Positions 39,144 through 51,680 of a stretch of 64,000 nt of DNA are shown one piece after another. Location: assembly GCA_973895155.1 (NCBI GenBank), contig OZ316894.1, forward strand, positions 5,604,944-5,668,943, read 5' to 3'. The notes under the pieces are model-generated. The model did not search any database. It was not told the DNA's origin and saw only the letters and a list, made by a program, of their open reading frames with translations. The position numbers and the translations under genes are program-made. Positions within the stretch are counted from its first letter, which is position 1, and every line of letters starts with the position of its first letter. The DNA is from Marsupella aquatica. Its lineage: Eukaryota > Plantae > Marchantiophyta.

Positions 39144-40085
39144 GAGGTATATGCTTGAGGGGACCCCTGCCAAAACAAATTTATGTGATACTAGGCCCCC
39201 TCTAACACTTTTGTATGAGATGTTCTTGTAAAGTTCCTACAAGGAGTTTTAGCTTGACATCGTCACCAATATTAAGAGCTATTGTAAAGTTGAGCCAACC
39301 CATGTTGAATGACAAACTACACCATTGGGGGAACCACAGAGGCGGTTGTTGCCCAAACTGCGAGTTCTTAAATGAAAACAATATGGTTCATGTCATCAGG
39401 TTTGTATTTCTATCATACCGTCCATCTTTAGGTTTCTTCACACAACCTATGCACATGGTTGGAGGAGGTTTTGACATTCTCTTTGTTCTTTTGTCTAACT
39501 ATGGAAGGAATCTTCTACTTTTGGCCATTGGCCCCTACTATAACATTCAAAAATTGTCCAAAGTGTGTAACGAAGACATCTAGACTCCAAATTTGCTTAA
39601 GTATGGAAGGAACCAAGGATTTGTTACTTTAATTTGGCTGTTTTCCCTCGTTGCAACTTTCAAAAAAAATTCTTAAGTCATGTGAAACAAAGACAACATG
39701 GAGTCAATCCTAACGGGAAATTTTTGCTAGCTTGCAAGAACTAGACTAAATGTTGTACAAACCGCTATCATGTAGCGGCAGATCCCCTAAAACTCTATAT
39801 TTATGAAGACATAATCCCTTATGTCTTTTGGCATAGACGTACAAACATGCGTAGAAACCAGTTAAAAAGTTAGAAACGTACCTTTTATAATTTCATTTTG
39901 GAACTATAACGCGGTCTGCAATGGAGTGCAGTGGGAAATGTATGGTTGACCATGCAATTAGGCATCACTTAAGAACCATGTGTACGGAAGCTATGTAGGG
40001 GGGCTAGTTTGTAACAAAAGTTTAATAGGGGCCTTTCACGTAAATTTGTTCAAATGGCAAGGGTCCCATTAAGCATAAATTGTTC
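39144..40085. mobile_element. Non-autonomous Mutator-like TIR element, copy 2
   Basis: TIRs tatgcttgaggggacccctgcc / ggcaagggtcccattaagcata; internal sequence collinear with 34987-36735; right boundary approximate. Confidence 0.7.
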
Positions 40086-40924
40086 AAGCAGGGATTGAAG
40101 ATGGGAGCTGTTGGGCATTCATTAAACTGGTTCTCTTTGTCCTTTTCTGTTTACATGAAAGGTTTTTAAATGGTAGAAGTACCTAGCTCTTAAATGAATA
40201 AATGTTCCTCCAAAATGAAATTATAAAAGGTACGTTTCTAAGATATCCTTGGATTATTGTGAACAATCCTCATCTGGAACTTCAAGCGTGTGTGACTGAG
40301 TCAAATGTGTAAAATTAGCTTTTTAACTGGTTCATTGATCCTTGTTAGCTTCACGGGGAAATATTTGGGGCAATTGACACAATTCAAAAAAGGGCAACTT
40401 GGACCTTCTTGTTGAGCATAGACGACAATCGCAACGGCAAGCCCATGAACCATCCAACGCACAAGAGTCGACATAGAGAGATACGTGGTTCACCTCCTCA
40501 TGAGGCTACGTCCACGGGAACACACATGAGCTTTACTGCACTCTAGGCCGACCGGCCATACCAAACATCCACAGCGCAAGCTCTCTCTATCTCTCAACTA
40601 GCTCCGTAACAATGAGCCTGAGTTCCCACTCTCCGAGCAAACACCGCTTGGTTATAGAGTGTGCACAGCATGACTAACCTAACCAAGTCTACAACTAAGG
40701 TTAGCCTTAACTACGGTACAGTCGTGACTCTAGACCTAAGAGTAAATCCTAACAATCTCCCCCTTGACTCTGGTCTAGGGGAGGGTAAAGACTGCTACCA
40801 ATATGATTGCTCAACGGGAAGTTCTAGAAAGAAAAATCAAATCGGTTTTTCCCTCTTTATACGAGAGTAGACCAGAACTAAGTCGTAGCCTATACAAGGA
40901 ATGAGCAAGAGCATATCTCAGTAT

Positions 40925-42700
40925 CTACACAAATGTTAAGTAACCTGACTTGTGAGGCAATTGCAAAACCTGCAACGCATCACAATGTCTAGAAAAACTC
41001 TCCAAAGGAATCACTTTGGTAAAAGCGTCAATCGGGTTGAGTTTACCGTCAATCTTGACTAGCTCAAACATATTATCAGACACAACTTGCCTGATAAAAT
41101 GGTACCTGACGTCGATGTGCTTCACTCTGTTGTCCATCACCTGGTTCACAACAAGGTGGAGTGCACTTTGACTATCACAATGGAGCTTCACATTCCCCTA
41201 TGGCAATCCCATCTTAGTGATGAGTCTATCCAACCAAATTGCTTCCTTTGCTGCTTCTGCTGCTACAACATATTTTGCTTCTATAATAGACTGAGCAATA
41301 CACTTCTGCAAAGTAGATCTCCAACTTATGCATCCACCGCCAATTGTGAACACATAACCTATTGTTGACCTCCTCCGATCCAGATCCTATGCATAGTCAG
41401 CATCTACATAGCCCTGGATCAATGATCTAGCATTATCAGCATGTGCATCAAACAATAGACCATGATCCACGGTACCCTTCAAGTACCAAATAATCCACTT
41501 CACTGCTTCCCAGTGTACCTAAGTCCCTGGATTTGACATGTACCTGCTCACCTTGCCCATAGCCATGGCAAGATCAGGTCTAGTGCAAGTCATCAAATAC
41601 ATGAGACTCCCCACCGCCTTGTCATAAGGAACCTTTGACATCAGCCCCTTCTCTGTCTCTGAATCCGTAGGACAGAAAGTTGATGACAACTTGAAGTGTG
41701 GAGCCAACGGGGTACTTACTGGCTTGCTATCCTCCATGTTGAACCTTGCAATTACCTTCCTTGCATAACTGCTCTGCGTCAACCATAGCTTGCCAGTCTC
41801 CAAGTCCCTAGTGATCTCCATACCCAAAATCCTCTTAGCTGGCCCTAAGTCCTTCATCTTAAACTCTGCACTAAGTAGTGCCTTGAGCTTAACAATCTCA
41901 GACCTGTCATTGGCCGCAATAAGCATGTCATCCACATAAAGTACTAAAACAATGAACCCAAAGACAACATTCTTCACAGGTTTAAGATACACACATGGGT
42001 CAAACACACTCTTGTGAAAGCCTTGTGCACGAATCCAACATCAAACCGCTTATTCCACTATCTAGCTTGGTGACTGCTTCAACCCGTACAAGGATCTCAG
42101 CAATCTGCAAAACAAATCCTCTTGCCCTTTCTTCACAAAACCTAGCGGCTGTCTAATGAAGATCATCTCTTCCAAGGTGCCATAGAGGAAAGTTGTGACA
42201 ACATCCATCTGATCTAGCAGCAGACCAAACATTACAACAAGCACACACAATAGCTGTATTGTTGAGTACTTAGCAACTGGTGAGAAGACCTCATTGTAAT
42301 CCACACATTTTTCCTGTGTGGATTCCTTGGCTACCAACCTAGCCTTGTAGACCTTTGATCCACCTCCTGTGGACTGATCCTTAAGCTTGTATATCCACTT
42401 GCTGTCCCTCAGGCAGCTTGACAAGCTCCCAAGTTTTGTTGTCCTTCAGTTACTGCATCTCTGTTTGCATTGTTGCAGTCCACTCCTGCATCTCCTTTGA
42501 AGCACTTGCTTCATGAAATGAAGAAGGTTCCACTTCTTCCAAAATCAACGCATCACCATCATTTTCAGTAACAAAATCCTCCTCTTGCAACTGAGATGAA
42601 TCAACCCACTGTCCATACCTTGGTGGAGCGCGTACAGTGTAACCAGATATTCTTCTAGCCGATGACTCCGATTGATCTGCGTGTGCTGGTACAATCTGAA
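40925..42700 (-). pseudogene. Host copia RT-RNase H (disrupted)
   Basis: KARLVAK, FSPVAK, QMDVVTTFLYG, SLYGLKQS, LYVDDML, TRPDL, CDSQSALHL and KHIDVRYHF spread over several broken frames. Confidence 0.92.
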
Positions 42701-45700
42701 GCAATCGCGAATACAACTTTCACGTACTCGTAATTGCTCCGGCGTTGCCTAACTCCAGCATTGAGCCCCTCTTAGATTTGCTACCATCATGGCCATTAGG
42801 GATGCAACTAACAAAGAGAAGGCTAGTAAGAGCAAGGACAAGACTTGAGAAAAGCGCGCTCCAATTAACTTTATTGGGCCTATTGCCGATCATAGAAAAA
42901 TGAACTATTTTTCCAACGGATCACCATAGGGGCCCGAGAAGCCCCACATGAGCCCGATCATGGGGCCGCATATTTCTCGGCCAACGGACCCAGGGGCCAA
43001 AAGTTATGGCCGACTCAAGCCGCATACTTGTAGTTTGGGCACGTTGCCGATCATGGAAAAATGAACTATTTTTCCAACGGATCACCATAGGGGCCCGAGA
43101 AGCCCCACATGAGCCCGATCATGGGGCCGCATATTTCTCGGCCAACGGACCCAGGGGCCAAAAGTTATGGCCGATTCAAGTTGCATACTTGTAGTTTGGG
43201 CCCGTTGCCGATCACAGAAAAATGAACTATTTTTCCAACGGATCACCATAGGGGCCCAAGAAGCCCCACATGAGCCCAATCATGGGGCCGTGTATTTTTT
43301 GGCCAACGGGCCTAGGGGCCAAAAGTTATGGTCGATTTAGACTCGATTAGAGTCGCCGCGCATCGATGGACCAAGAAGGGGTTGCCTGGACCAGAGCGGG
43401 TTTAGGGCCGCAACTGTTAGCCCCTTATGCCACAATTTGTGCTCGAGGCCATGTTACAGAAGGTTTTCGATTATCTTTGTTTCGAGTTAAGTGGCGGGAC
43501 CCACGGACCCTCGGGTAGGGGGCCAAAGATAGGGGACCAAAGCTGGTCCGGGGGTGTCAAGTCCCCAAAAGCATATATGAGGGGATTGGTCCTCTCAAGT
43601 TTGAGCTCGAGCTGATCGCGATCGACGAAGATACGTCGTTTCGAGTTTTGAAGCGGAAACAAACATAACTCGATGACCGGATCTCCGTTGGGGGAGTTCT
43701 TGGGCTTGTTGGAAAGCTAATGAAGAAAGCTACCTCATGGTGCTCTCTGAATGTGCATTGGATGGTTTTGGTTTTGAGGCTTGCAATGGGGGGAGTCCCT
43801 CTTGCCAATCCGAAGTCGAACAGTGACCAAACCGCATTTGGTTCCCACGGGGACCTGATGTTGGAGAGGTAGAACCAAGTAAACTCTGTGGGCTGCCATT
43901 GAGATCTGGTCCCGATGCATGGTGAGAGGTTGAACGAAACCCGGTTTCGCAGAGAGGTGGCTAAGATCTAGAAACTAAATGGTCCCGGCGTGTTACTACT
44001 AGTTTGTGACAAACTGAGTTTGGGCCATGGGCATGTCCTGGAGGTAGGGCGGTCAGCCATTGACGGGTAAAAAGTGGGAAAGCTTGGGTGACATCCGATA
44101 GATAGACTGTTCCATACGAACAATGATGTCGACCTTAGTTTCAGCTTATGGCAAGGCCATGCGGGTCTGGGAGGCTCTATCCGCTGACCTACTTACTAAC
44201 GACTATTGAGCTTGATGCAAGACAATGGTCTTGGGAGTTTCGAGATCAAGACGGGTTCTTACCAATTGGTTGGTTGCTTGTGCAGATAGTAAAGACCGTT
44301 GAGCGACGGTTATGCTGACGAGGGCAAGTGCGGCTTCGTATGGAAGGGGTCGCTAATGACAAGGAATATAGTCGGAGAGAATTTTCCCCAACATTCCATT
44401 TAGTGCAAGGTTCGACTTATTTCAAGGCTAAGAAGCGAGTTTGGACGGGCACGTGGTGGGAGGTCCACCACTTATGGTATCAGAGCATACGCTTTCATAG
44501 ATGTCGGGGCCAAACGTCAAGTTAAGTCAGAATCCAAAAGAAAATAAGCATTTTTTTTGCGGGGCCTTATCTTAACGGCTTGGGCTTGGTGGTGTGACTG
44601 AAAGCATTTGCAATAGATCTTGGGATGGCCAAGGGGGAAGGGCAAAAGCGACGTATCAAGGCAAAATCAATGGTTGAAGTGGCTCATGCCCCTCCATTCA
44701 TTCCAATGAGTGGGACGTCAGTAGGGGGACTTCATTCCGACCCTCTTACTTTGTCGGAAATCTCTGGACAGCGACGTAAGAGTAAGGCAATTGATACGAC
44801 CCCCGCTAGCGTCGCAAGCCTTGGTGATCCACGGGCTGACTACTTTGAAAAAGAGGAAGTTAGCCCTGCCGCTCACGAGCTTGACTTTTAAGATGATGAG
44901 CAGGATGATGATTTGATTATGGACAATCTGGGGCTTGATAGTGAGGACATTGCGGGTGATTCTGAGCCCCCACCAAGTCAAGGAAGCCTTTTTAGAAGAG
45001 GAACCAGGGACTTGAGAAAGGAGACCAAAGGAGAGACATTCGTCAGGCACAACCATGTTACCAAGTAGGTTCGTGACCTTCTTGGACCAGCTAACCGCCG
45101 AGCAGCGCCAAATTTATTTGACGCTTGATGTTGACAAAAATGCCCAGTTAATTTATATTTTAAACTTGGGCAAAGAACTTGCCAAAAGCGACGAGGGTGA
45201 CTGGTCTAATAGACGGGGTATGGTGCAAGTCAATCAGTTGCCCACACCCCCGACTTATGATGGAGCCTATGAACAAAGTGGACAAAAGTTTTGGCAATGG
45301 CTCACTACTATGGAGATCCATCTCCAAGCATGTGCTGCCCCATCCACTTGGGCCTCAGCTGCCGCCCCGTATCTGCGAGAGTATGCCTTAACTTGGTACA
45401 AGTCTTGGGCAAAGACTCTCGAGGCTAGTGGTCAACCGCTCGTTTGGAAAGACATGGTTGAAGGTCTCCGGCTCAATGTCACCACCAAGTATCCAGAGCG
45501 ACATGCAAAGAAGTGTGTCTTTGAAATGACTTATAGAGGCGATATACAAAAGTATATCGCCTACTATCAGATGCAATTGGCGTGTATTCCGGAAGGGGAT
45601 GAAATCCTTTCAACGCAATTGCATAATTTCATTGTCAAGCTTCCATCGTTTCTCTGCGAGAAATTGCAAGATAGGCAGCATGAGTTTAAACAACTCACTA

Positions 45701-48700
45701 ATACCTTTGACCGAGCCACAACATTGGTGAACAATCGTCCTGGTTTGGCTAAGGTTGGTGGCAAAGAGCAATCCGAGCTAACGGAGAGTAAGAAACTCAA
45801 AGTTTTTGGTGCTAAGCGTAAGCAACCAGAGCGACCGATTTAGGTGCAAACTCTCATGGACCTTCCGTCCACCCCAAACGTGGACGGAAGTTTTTGCCCA
45901 GGCCAGGTCAATCATCATCTGAAAAAGCAAAATGTGAAGCAATCAAGGAAAAGCGCAAGTTGGAAGGGCTTTGCTTTGAATGTGGCGAGCCTGGTCATCT
46001 AAGTAAGGAGTGTCCACGGAAGGGCGCCAAACCTAATTTGGATGCGGGGGCTAAAAGCGTTAAGGTGAGTATCGCTCTAACCAATCCTTTGTTAGATGCT
46101 AGAGCTCCTAACGGGAATTCCATCACTGATATAGATGAAGTGTTGCTAGAGAAGATTATTGATGCAAAGGACGACAATCCTGCCAAACTTATTCTAATTG
46201 AAACGTTAGCTAACAATTGTCGGGGTGTTGCTTTGATTGATTCAGGTGCGACTGCCAACTTCATAAGCAAGGCGGCAGTTGAACGCAGCGGAGCAACCAT
46301 GCACGAGTTGTTAGATCCCTTGGTGTGTAAGTTTGCCAATGACACTCAAGGACTCGTTTCAAAAGTAGTCAGACATCTCAAAGTAGAAATTGTTGGCGAA
46401 GATAGGAATTTTGTAAGTCAGGAAAGGTTCTTTGTTTTAGATGGCTTGGAGGTAGACTTTATATTGTCTATAGGCTACCTCCGTAAGCATAATATTACTC
46501 TTCAACCTAGCAAGGAATTGATGATTTTCCCAAGTACGGGAGGTAATCCGATCACTGTACATGAAATTTCTGGGAATAAAGAAAAGTTTCTCCCAAGTAA
46601 GTACAGTGTCATGGTTGACCCCTTGTATTTCGGCCAAGCAATGGTGGAAGGACTTCAAGGGTGGACATGAATGTTTCTTTTTTCATCTCCATCCAACTAA
46701 GAGCTCTATGAATAAGTCTAAGACAGCAACGATTGGCCCCGATTGCGGACGAATTCTTGAAATTTTGCATGAATTCAGTGATGTCTTGTCGCAAAAGTTA
46801 CCTAAGGGATTACCTCCACGGAGAGAAGTTGATCACCAAGTTGAGCTAAAACCGGGTTTGGCTCCTCAAGCGAAGGCCCCTTACCGTTTGAACTTGAACG
46901 AACGTGGAATGCTCAAGGAAGCATTGGAGGAATTGATTAATCAAGGGTTTATCAGGCCTAGTAAGAGTCCTTATGGTGCACCCGCGCTATTTGTGGCCAA
47001 GAAAGACGGGACCTTACGACTTTATGCTGATTATCGAGCCCTCAACAAACAAACGGTGAAGAATCGCTATCCGCTACCTCATATGGATGATTTATTTGAC
47101 TCGCTCACAGGTGCTCGGAAGTTTTCTAAGGTAGACTTACGATCCGGTTATTATCAGATTCGTATGGCAAAAGGCGATGAATATAAAACCGCTATGCGTA
47201 CCAGGTTTGGATCCTTTGAGTATTTGGTAATGCCATTTGGATTATGCAATGCCATAGCCACGTTCATGAAAATGATGAACACAATTTTTCATGATTTGTT
47301 GGATCAAGGAGTGGTTGTCTTCATTGACGACATCTTGATTTATTCAAAAACCGTGGAGGAGCATGAGCAATTACTAAAGGAAGTGCTTCGGCACTTGCGC
47401 AAAGCTCATCTCTTTGCTAAACCAAGCAAATGTGAGTTTGCCATGAATGAAATCCAATTTTTAGGGCACACCTTTACCGAGGATGGCATCAAACCAAGCC
47501 ATGACAAACTCGTTGATATCCGTGATTGGGAAAGACCCGCAAGTGCCAAACAGGTCAGGTCCTTTTTGGGATTTGTGGGTTTTTATCGACGTTACATCCA
47601 AGGCTTTGCACGCCTTTATAGACCGTTAACAATGTTAACAATGAAAAATAAAGTGTTTGTTTGGATCCATTGCAAGCTTGCGAAATAGCATTTCTTGAAC
47701 TTAAGCGCCGGATGGTGACTCCTCCGGTTCTCAAATTACCGGAAGTCAGAAAACCATTTGAAATATGGACCGATGCCTCTGATTTTGCTATTGGCGCTTG
47801 CCTTCATCAAGACGGGCGCCCAATAGCTTTTGAGTCTTGTAAGCTAGAGAATCATTGGATCACCCCAGAGCGTGAATTGTATGCCGTCATCCATGCAATT
47901 AAAAAATGGGAGTTCTATCTACGTAACGGCCCTAAGTTTGTAGTCCATTCAGATAGCTCGCCAGCGGGGTACTTCAATTCTAAGCCTCGATTGAGTCCCA
48001 AAGAAATGCGCTGGCAGATGTTCCTTGCAAACTTTGACTTTGAAGTACAACATGTCCCAGGGAATATTAATAAGGCTGCTGATGCACTTTCCTGGCAAGA
48101 GCATCATCGTGCCAATGACATTTTAATGCTTGAAACCGAGTGGCCCATGCTAGTGGCTGCCCAATACGCGGACGACCGACTTGCGCAAGAGTGGCAACAA
48201 AAGGGGGGTGTCCAAGGAAAAATACGGCACGTGTCTTGGGTGTTGGACAAGAAATATAATATCAATTCATGGCGATACAAACAGAGTCGCGTCTACATTC
48301 CTGAGTCACTCAGATTAGAGGTTCTGAGAAAGTACCATGACTCACCTTGGGGTGGGCATGGGGGACAACGTTCTACTTATTCAAGTATGTCCCGCGACGT
48401 GTATTGGCCAGACATGAACAATTCAGTACTCCAACATGTGCAAAGTTGTTACTCATGCCAGAAAAACCAAACGGTTTACAAGGCAAAAGGAGGACTCTTG
48501 CAATTCAACCCTTACCCGTGGCCTTTGGAGCTTGGGAGTCCATCTCCATGGATTTTATCCAAGGTCTTCCATCATCCCATAGCTACGATGCCATCTTAAC
48601 AATCGTCGATCGTTTTTCTAAGATGACATTTTTCCTTCCTATGCGCAAGGCAGTTTTGGCACGGGAAGTAGCATCAATGGTGTTTAATCACGTCTTCAGA

Positions 48701-51680
48701 CTTTGGGGATTGCCTTTGCACATCTTGTCTGATCGTGACTCCAAATTCACGAGTCATTTCTGGAAAAATTTATTCCGGTTATCAGGCACAGACCTTACCA
48801 GAGGGTCCGCTTACCATCATGAAACCGATGGGCAGACTAAACGCCTAAATTTGGTCCTTGAAGAGTATTTATGTCATTTTGTGAGTGCTGACCAAAAAGA
48901 TTGGTCAACGCACTTAAGTATGGCCGAGTTTTGGTATAACTCGACCACGCATACGGTGACAAGAATTTCACCATTCTTTTTGGTCACAGGCCGGAAACCT
49001 AGAGCTCCGGCCTGGTTCATAAATCCTGATACTTGGCGAACGAAAAGCAAGGTTCCTGCAGCAAACAAATTCATTCGAGAGCGGCGTCTAGTGATGGAAG
49101 CAGCCACCAAGGGGATGACCCTTGCCCAAAGTCGATACAAGGAGCAAGGGGACAAGCATCAACGCCAGGTGAGCTTTGAAATTGGGGAGAGCGTCTGGTT
49201 TCAATTGAGACCCGAACAATACAACGATAAGATAAGTTGGAAGTTGGCACCCCGGTACGCAGGACCCTATCGCATCTTGCGATGGGCTCACAAGGATAAT
49301 CCAGTCTCTGTTGTTTTGGACATGCCCGGTTCAAGAGGAATGGGAAAAAGTTACCATGTGAGCCGACTCAAGAAATTTGTAAAGGATTTGGACCCAAATC
49401 AGCAACAAGTCCTCCGGCCTGATGCCTTGCTTGTTGATGATGTGGAGGAGTACGTTGTGGAGACTATTCTTGATCACCGATACAAGCGTCGACTCGGAAA
49501 GCAAATGCTTGAATATTTGGTTAAATGGTCTGGATACGACCAAACGGAAAGCATGTGGGAGCCCGAAGATAATCTAAAACACAGTCCCAATATCCTTGCA
49601 AGCTATCGTAAGCGGAGCGGCTTGCCCCCCTTATTGAAGTAGGGCGATTGCAATTACCTAAGCAAGTTGTATCCTGGTTTCACCATACTTAGCCTCTTGA
49701 GAGTGTTCTCAAACCTGCACGAATTAGTGGTTGTTGGGCAACCACTTTGCTATCCTTATGTTTAAGCTATTTGCTACTTGCATTACATTATAAGCAAGTT
49801 CGATCAAACCTGTGGGAGTTATCTCCGGGGAAGATTGATGGGTTTGTTGGACAAGGAGTTAGCTTGCCCAAGCATACTGACATCTAACTCGTTTGTTAGA
49901 TAAGTTGAATTTCTCTAAGACTTGAGATGCGCACTTCAACTAGGTCCGTGTCTACCTTATAGGATGGACCACTTGTTACCTTACATCACCTTCTAGACGC
50001 CAATTGGTCTAGGCGTATGGTATGGTACCCATTCGGTTGACGCAGAGGTCAACCATTCAAAAAGGGGGGGTGCAAGTCGCGAATACAACTTTCACCTACT
50101 CGTAATTACTCCGGCGTTGTCTAACTCCAGCATTGAGCCCCTCTTAGATTTGCTACCATCATGGCCATTAGGGATGCGACTAACAAAGAGGAGGCTAGTA
50201 AGAGCAAGGACAAGACTTGAGAAAAGCGCGCTCCAATTAACTTTATTGGGCCCATTGCCGATCACAGAAATATGAAATATTTTTCCAACAGCTCACCATA
50301 GGGGCCTGAGAAGCCCCACGTGAGCCTGATCATGGGCCGCATATTTCTCGGCCAACGGACCCAGGGGCCAAAAGTTATGGCCGACTCAAGCCGCATACTT
50401 GTAGTTTGGGTCCGTTGCCGATCATGGAAAATAAACTATTTTTCCAACGGATCACCATAGGGGCCCAAGAAGCCCCACATAAGCCCGATCATGGGGCCGT
50501 GTATTTTTCGGCCAACGGGCCTAGGGGCCAAAAGTTATGGCCGATTTAGACTCGATTAGAGTCGCCGCGCATCGATGGACCAAGAAGGGGTTGCCTGGAC
50601 CAGAGCGGGTTTAGGGCCGCAACTGTTAGCCCCTTATGCCATAATTTGTGCTCGAGGCCAAGTTATGGAAGGTTTTTGATTATCTTTGTTTCGAGCTAAG
50701 TGGCGGGGCCCACGGACCCTCGGGTAGGGGGCCAAAGATAGGGGACCAAAGCTGGCCCGGGGGTGGCAGGTCCTCAGAAGCATATATGAGGGGAGTGGTC
50801 CTCTCAAGTTTGAGCTCGAGCTGATCGCGATCGACGAAGATACGTCGTTTCAAGTTTTGAAGCGGAAACAAGCATAACTCGACGACCGGATCTCCGTTGG
50901 GGGAGTTCTTGGGTTCATTGGAAATCTAATGAAGAAAGCTACCTCATTATGCTCTCTAATTGTGCATTGGATGGCTTTGGTTTTGAGGCTTGCAATGGGG
51001 GGAGTCCCTCTTGTCGATCCGAAGTCGAACAGTGACCAAACCGTATTTGGTTCCCACGGGGACCTGATGTTGGAGAGGTAGAACCAAGTAAACTCTGGGG
51101 TCTGCCATTGAGATCTGGTCCCGATGCATGGTGAGAGGTTGAGCGAAACCCGGTTTTGCAGAGAGGTGGCTAAGATCTAGAAACTAAATGGTCCCGGCGT
51201 GTTACTACTAGTTTGTGACAAACTGAGTTTGGGCCATGGGCATGTCCTGGAGGCAGGGCGGTCAGCCATTGATGGGTAGAAAGTGGGAAAGCTTGGGTGA
51301 CATCCGATAGATAGACTGTTCCGTATGAATAATGATGTCGACCTTAGTTTCAACTTATGGCAAGGCCATGCGGGCCTGGGAGGCTCTATCCGCTGACCTA
51401 CTTACTAACGACTGTTGAGCTTGATGCAAGACAATGGTCTTGGGAGTTCCGAGATCAAGACGGGTTCTTACCAATTGGTTGGTTGCTTGTGCAGATAGTA
51501 AAGACCGTTGAGCGACGGTTATGCTGACGAGGGCAAGTGCGGCTTCGTATGGGAAGGGTTGCTAACGACAAGGAGTATAGTCGGAGAGAATTTACCCCAA
51601 CATTTCGTGTTAGTGCAAGGTTCGACTTGTTTCAAGGCTAAGAAGCGAGTTTGGATGGGAACGTGGTGGGAGGTCCACCA
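42701..51680 (+). mobile_element. Ty3/gypsy chromovirus nested in the host copia; defective
   Basis: LTRs 42701-44470 and 50071-51680; TSD ctgaa (42696-42700, 51681-51685); iMet PBS tggtatcagagc at 44475; PPT aaaaaggggggg at 50059-50070. The host frame ...DAAELQ|IVPAH... is split at the insertion. Confidence 0.95.
44625..49642 (+). pseudogene. Gypsy gag-pol: gag, CCHC knuckle, protease, RT, RNase H, integrase, chromodomain (stops and frameshifts)
   Basis: CFECGEPGHLSKEC, ALIDSGAT, DYRALNK, MPFGLCNA, FIDDILIYS, TDASDFAIGA, ISMDFI, SDRDSKF, LAPRYAGPY, and C-terminal YVVETILDHR...YLVKWSGYDQTESMWEPEDNL. Confidence 0.95.

Noticed and set aside
43006-44525. Short ORFs inside the gypsy LTRs (e.g. 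MFPLQN...)
   Set aside because: They recur only because the LTR is duplicated, and they show no protein motifs.
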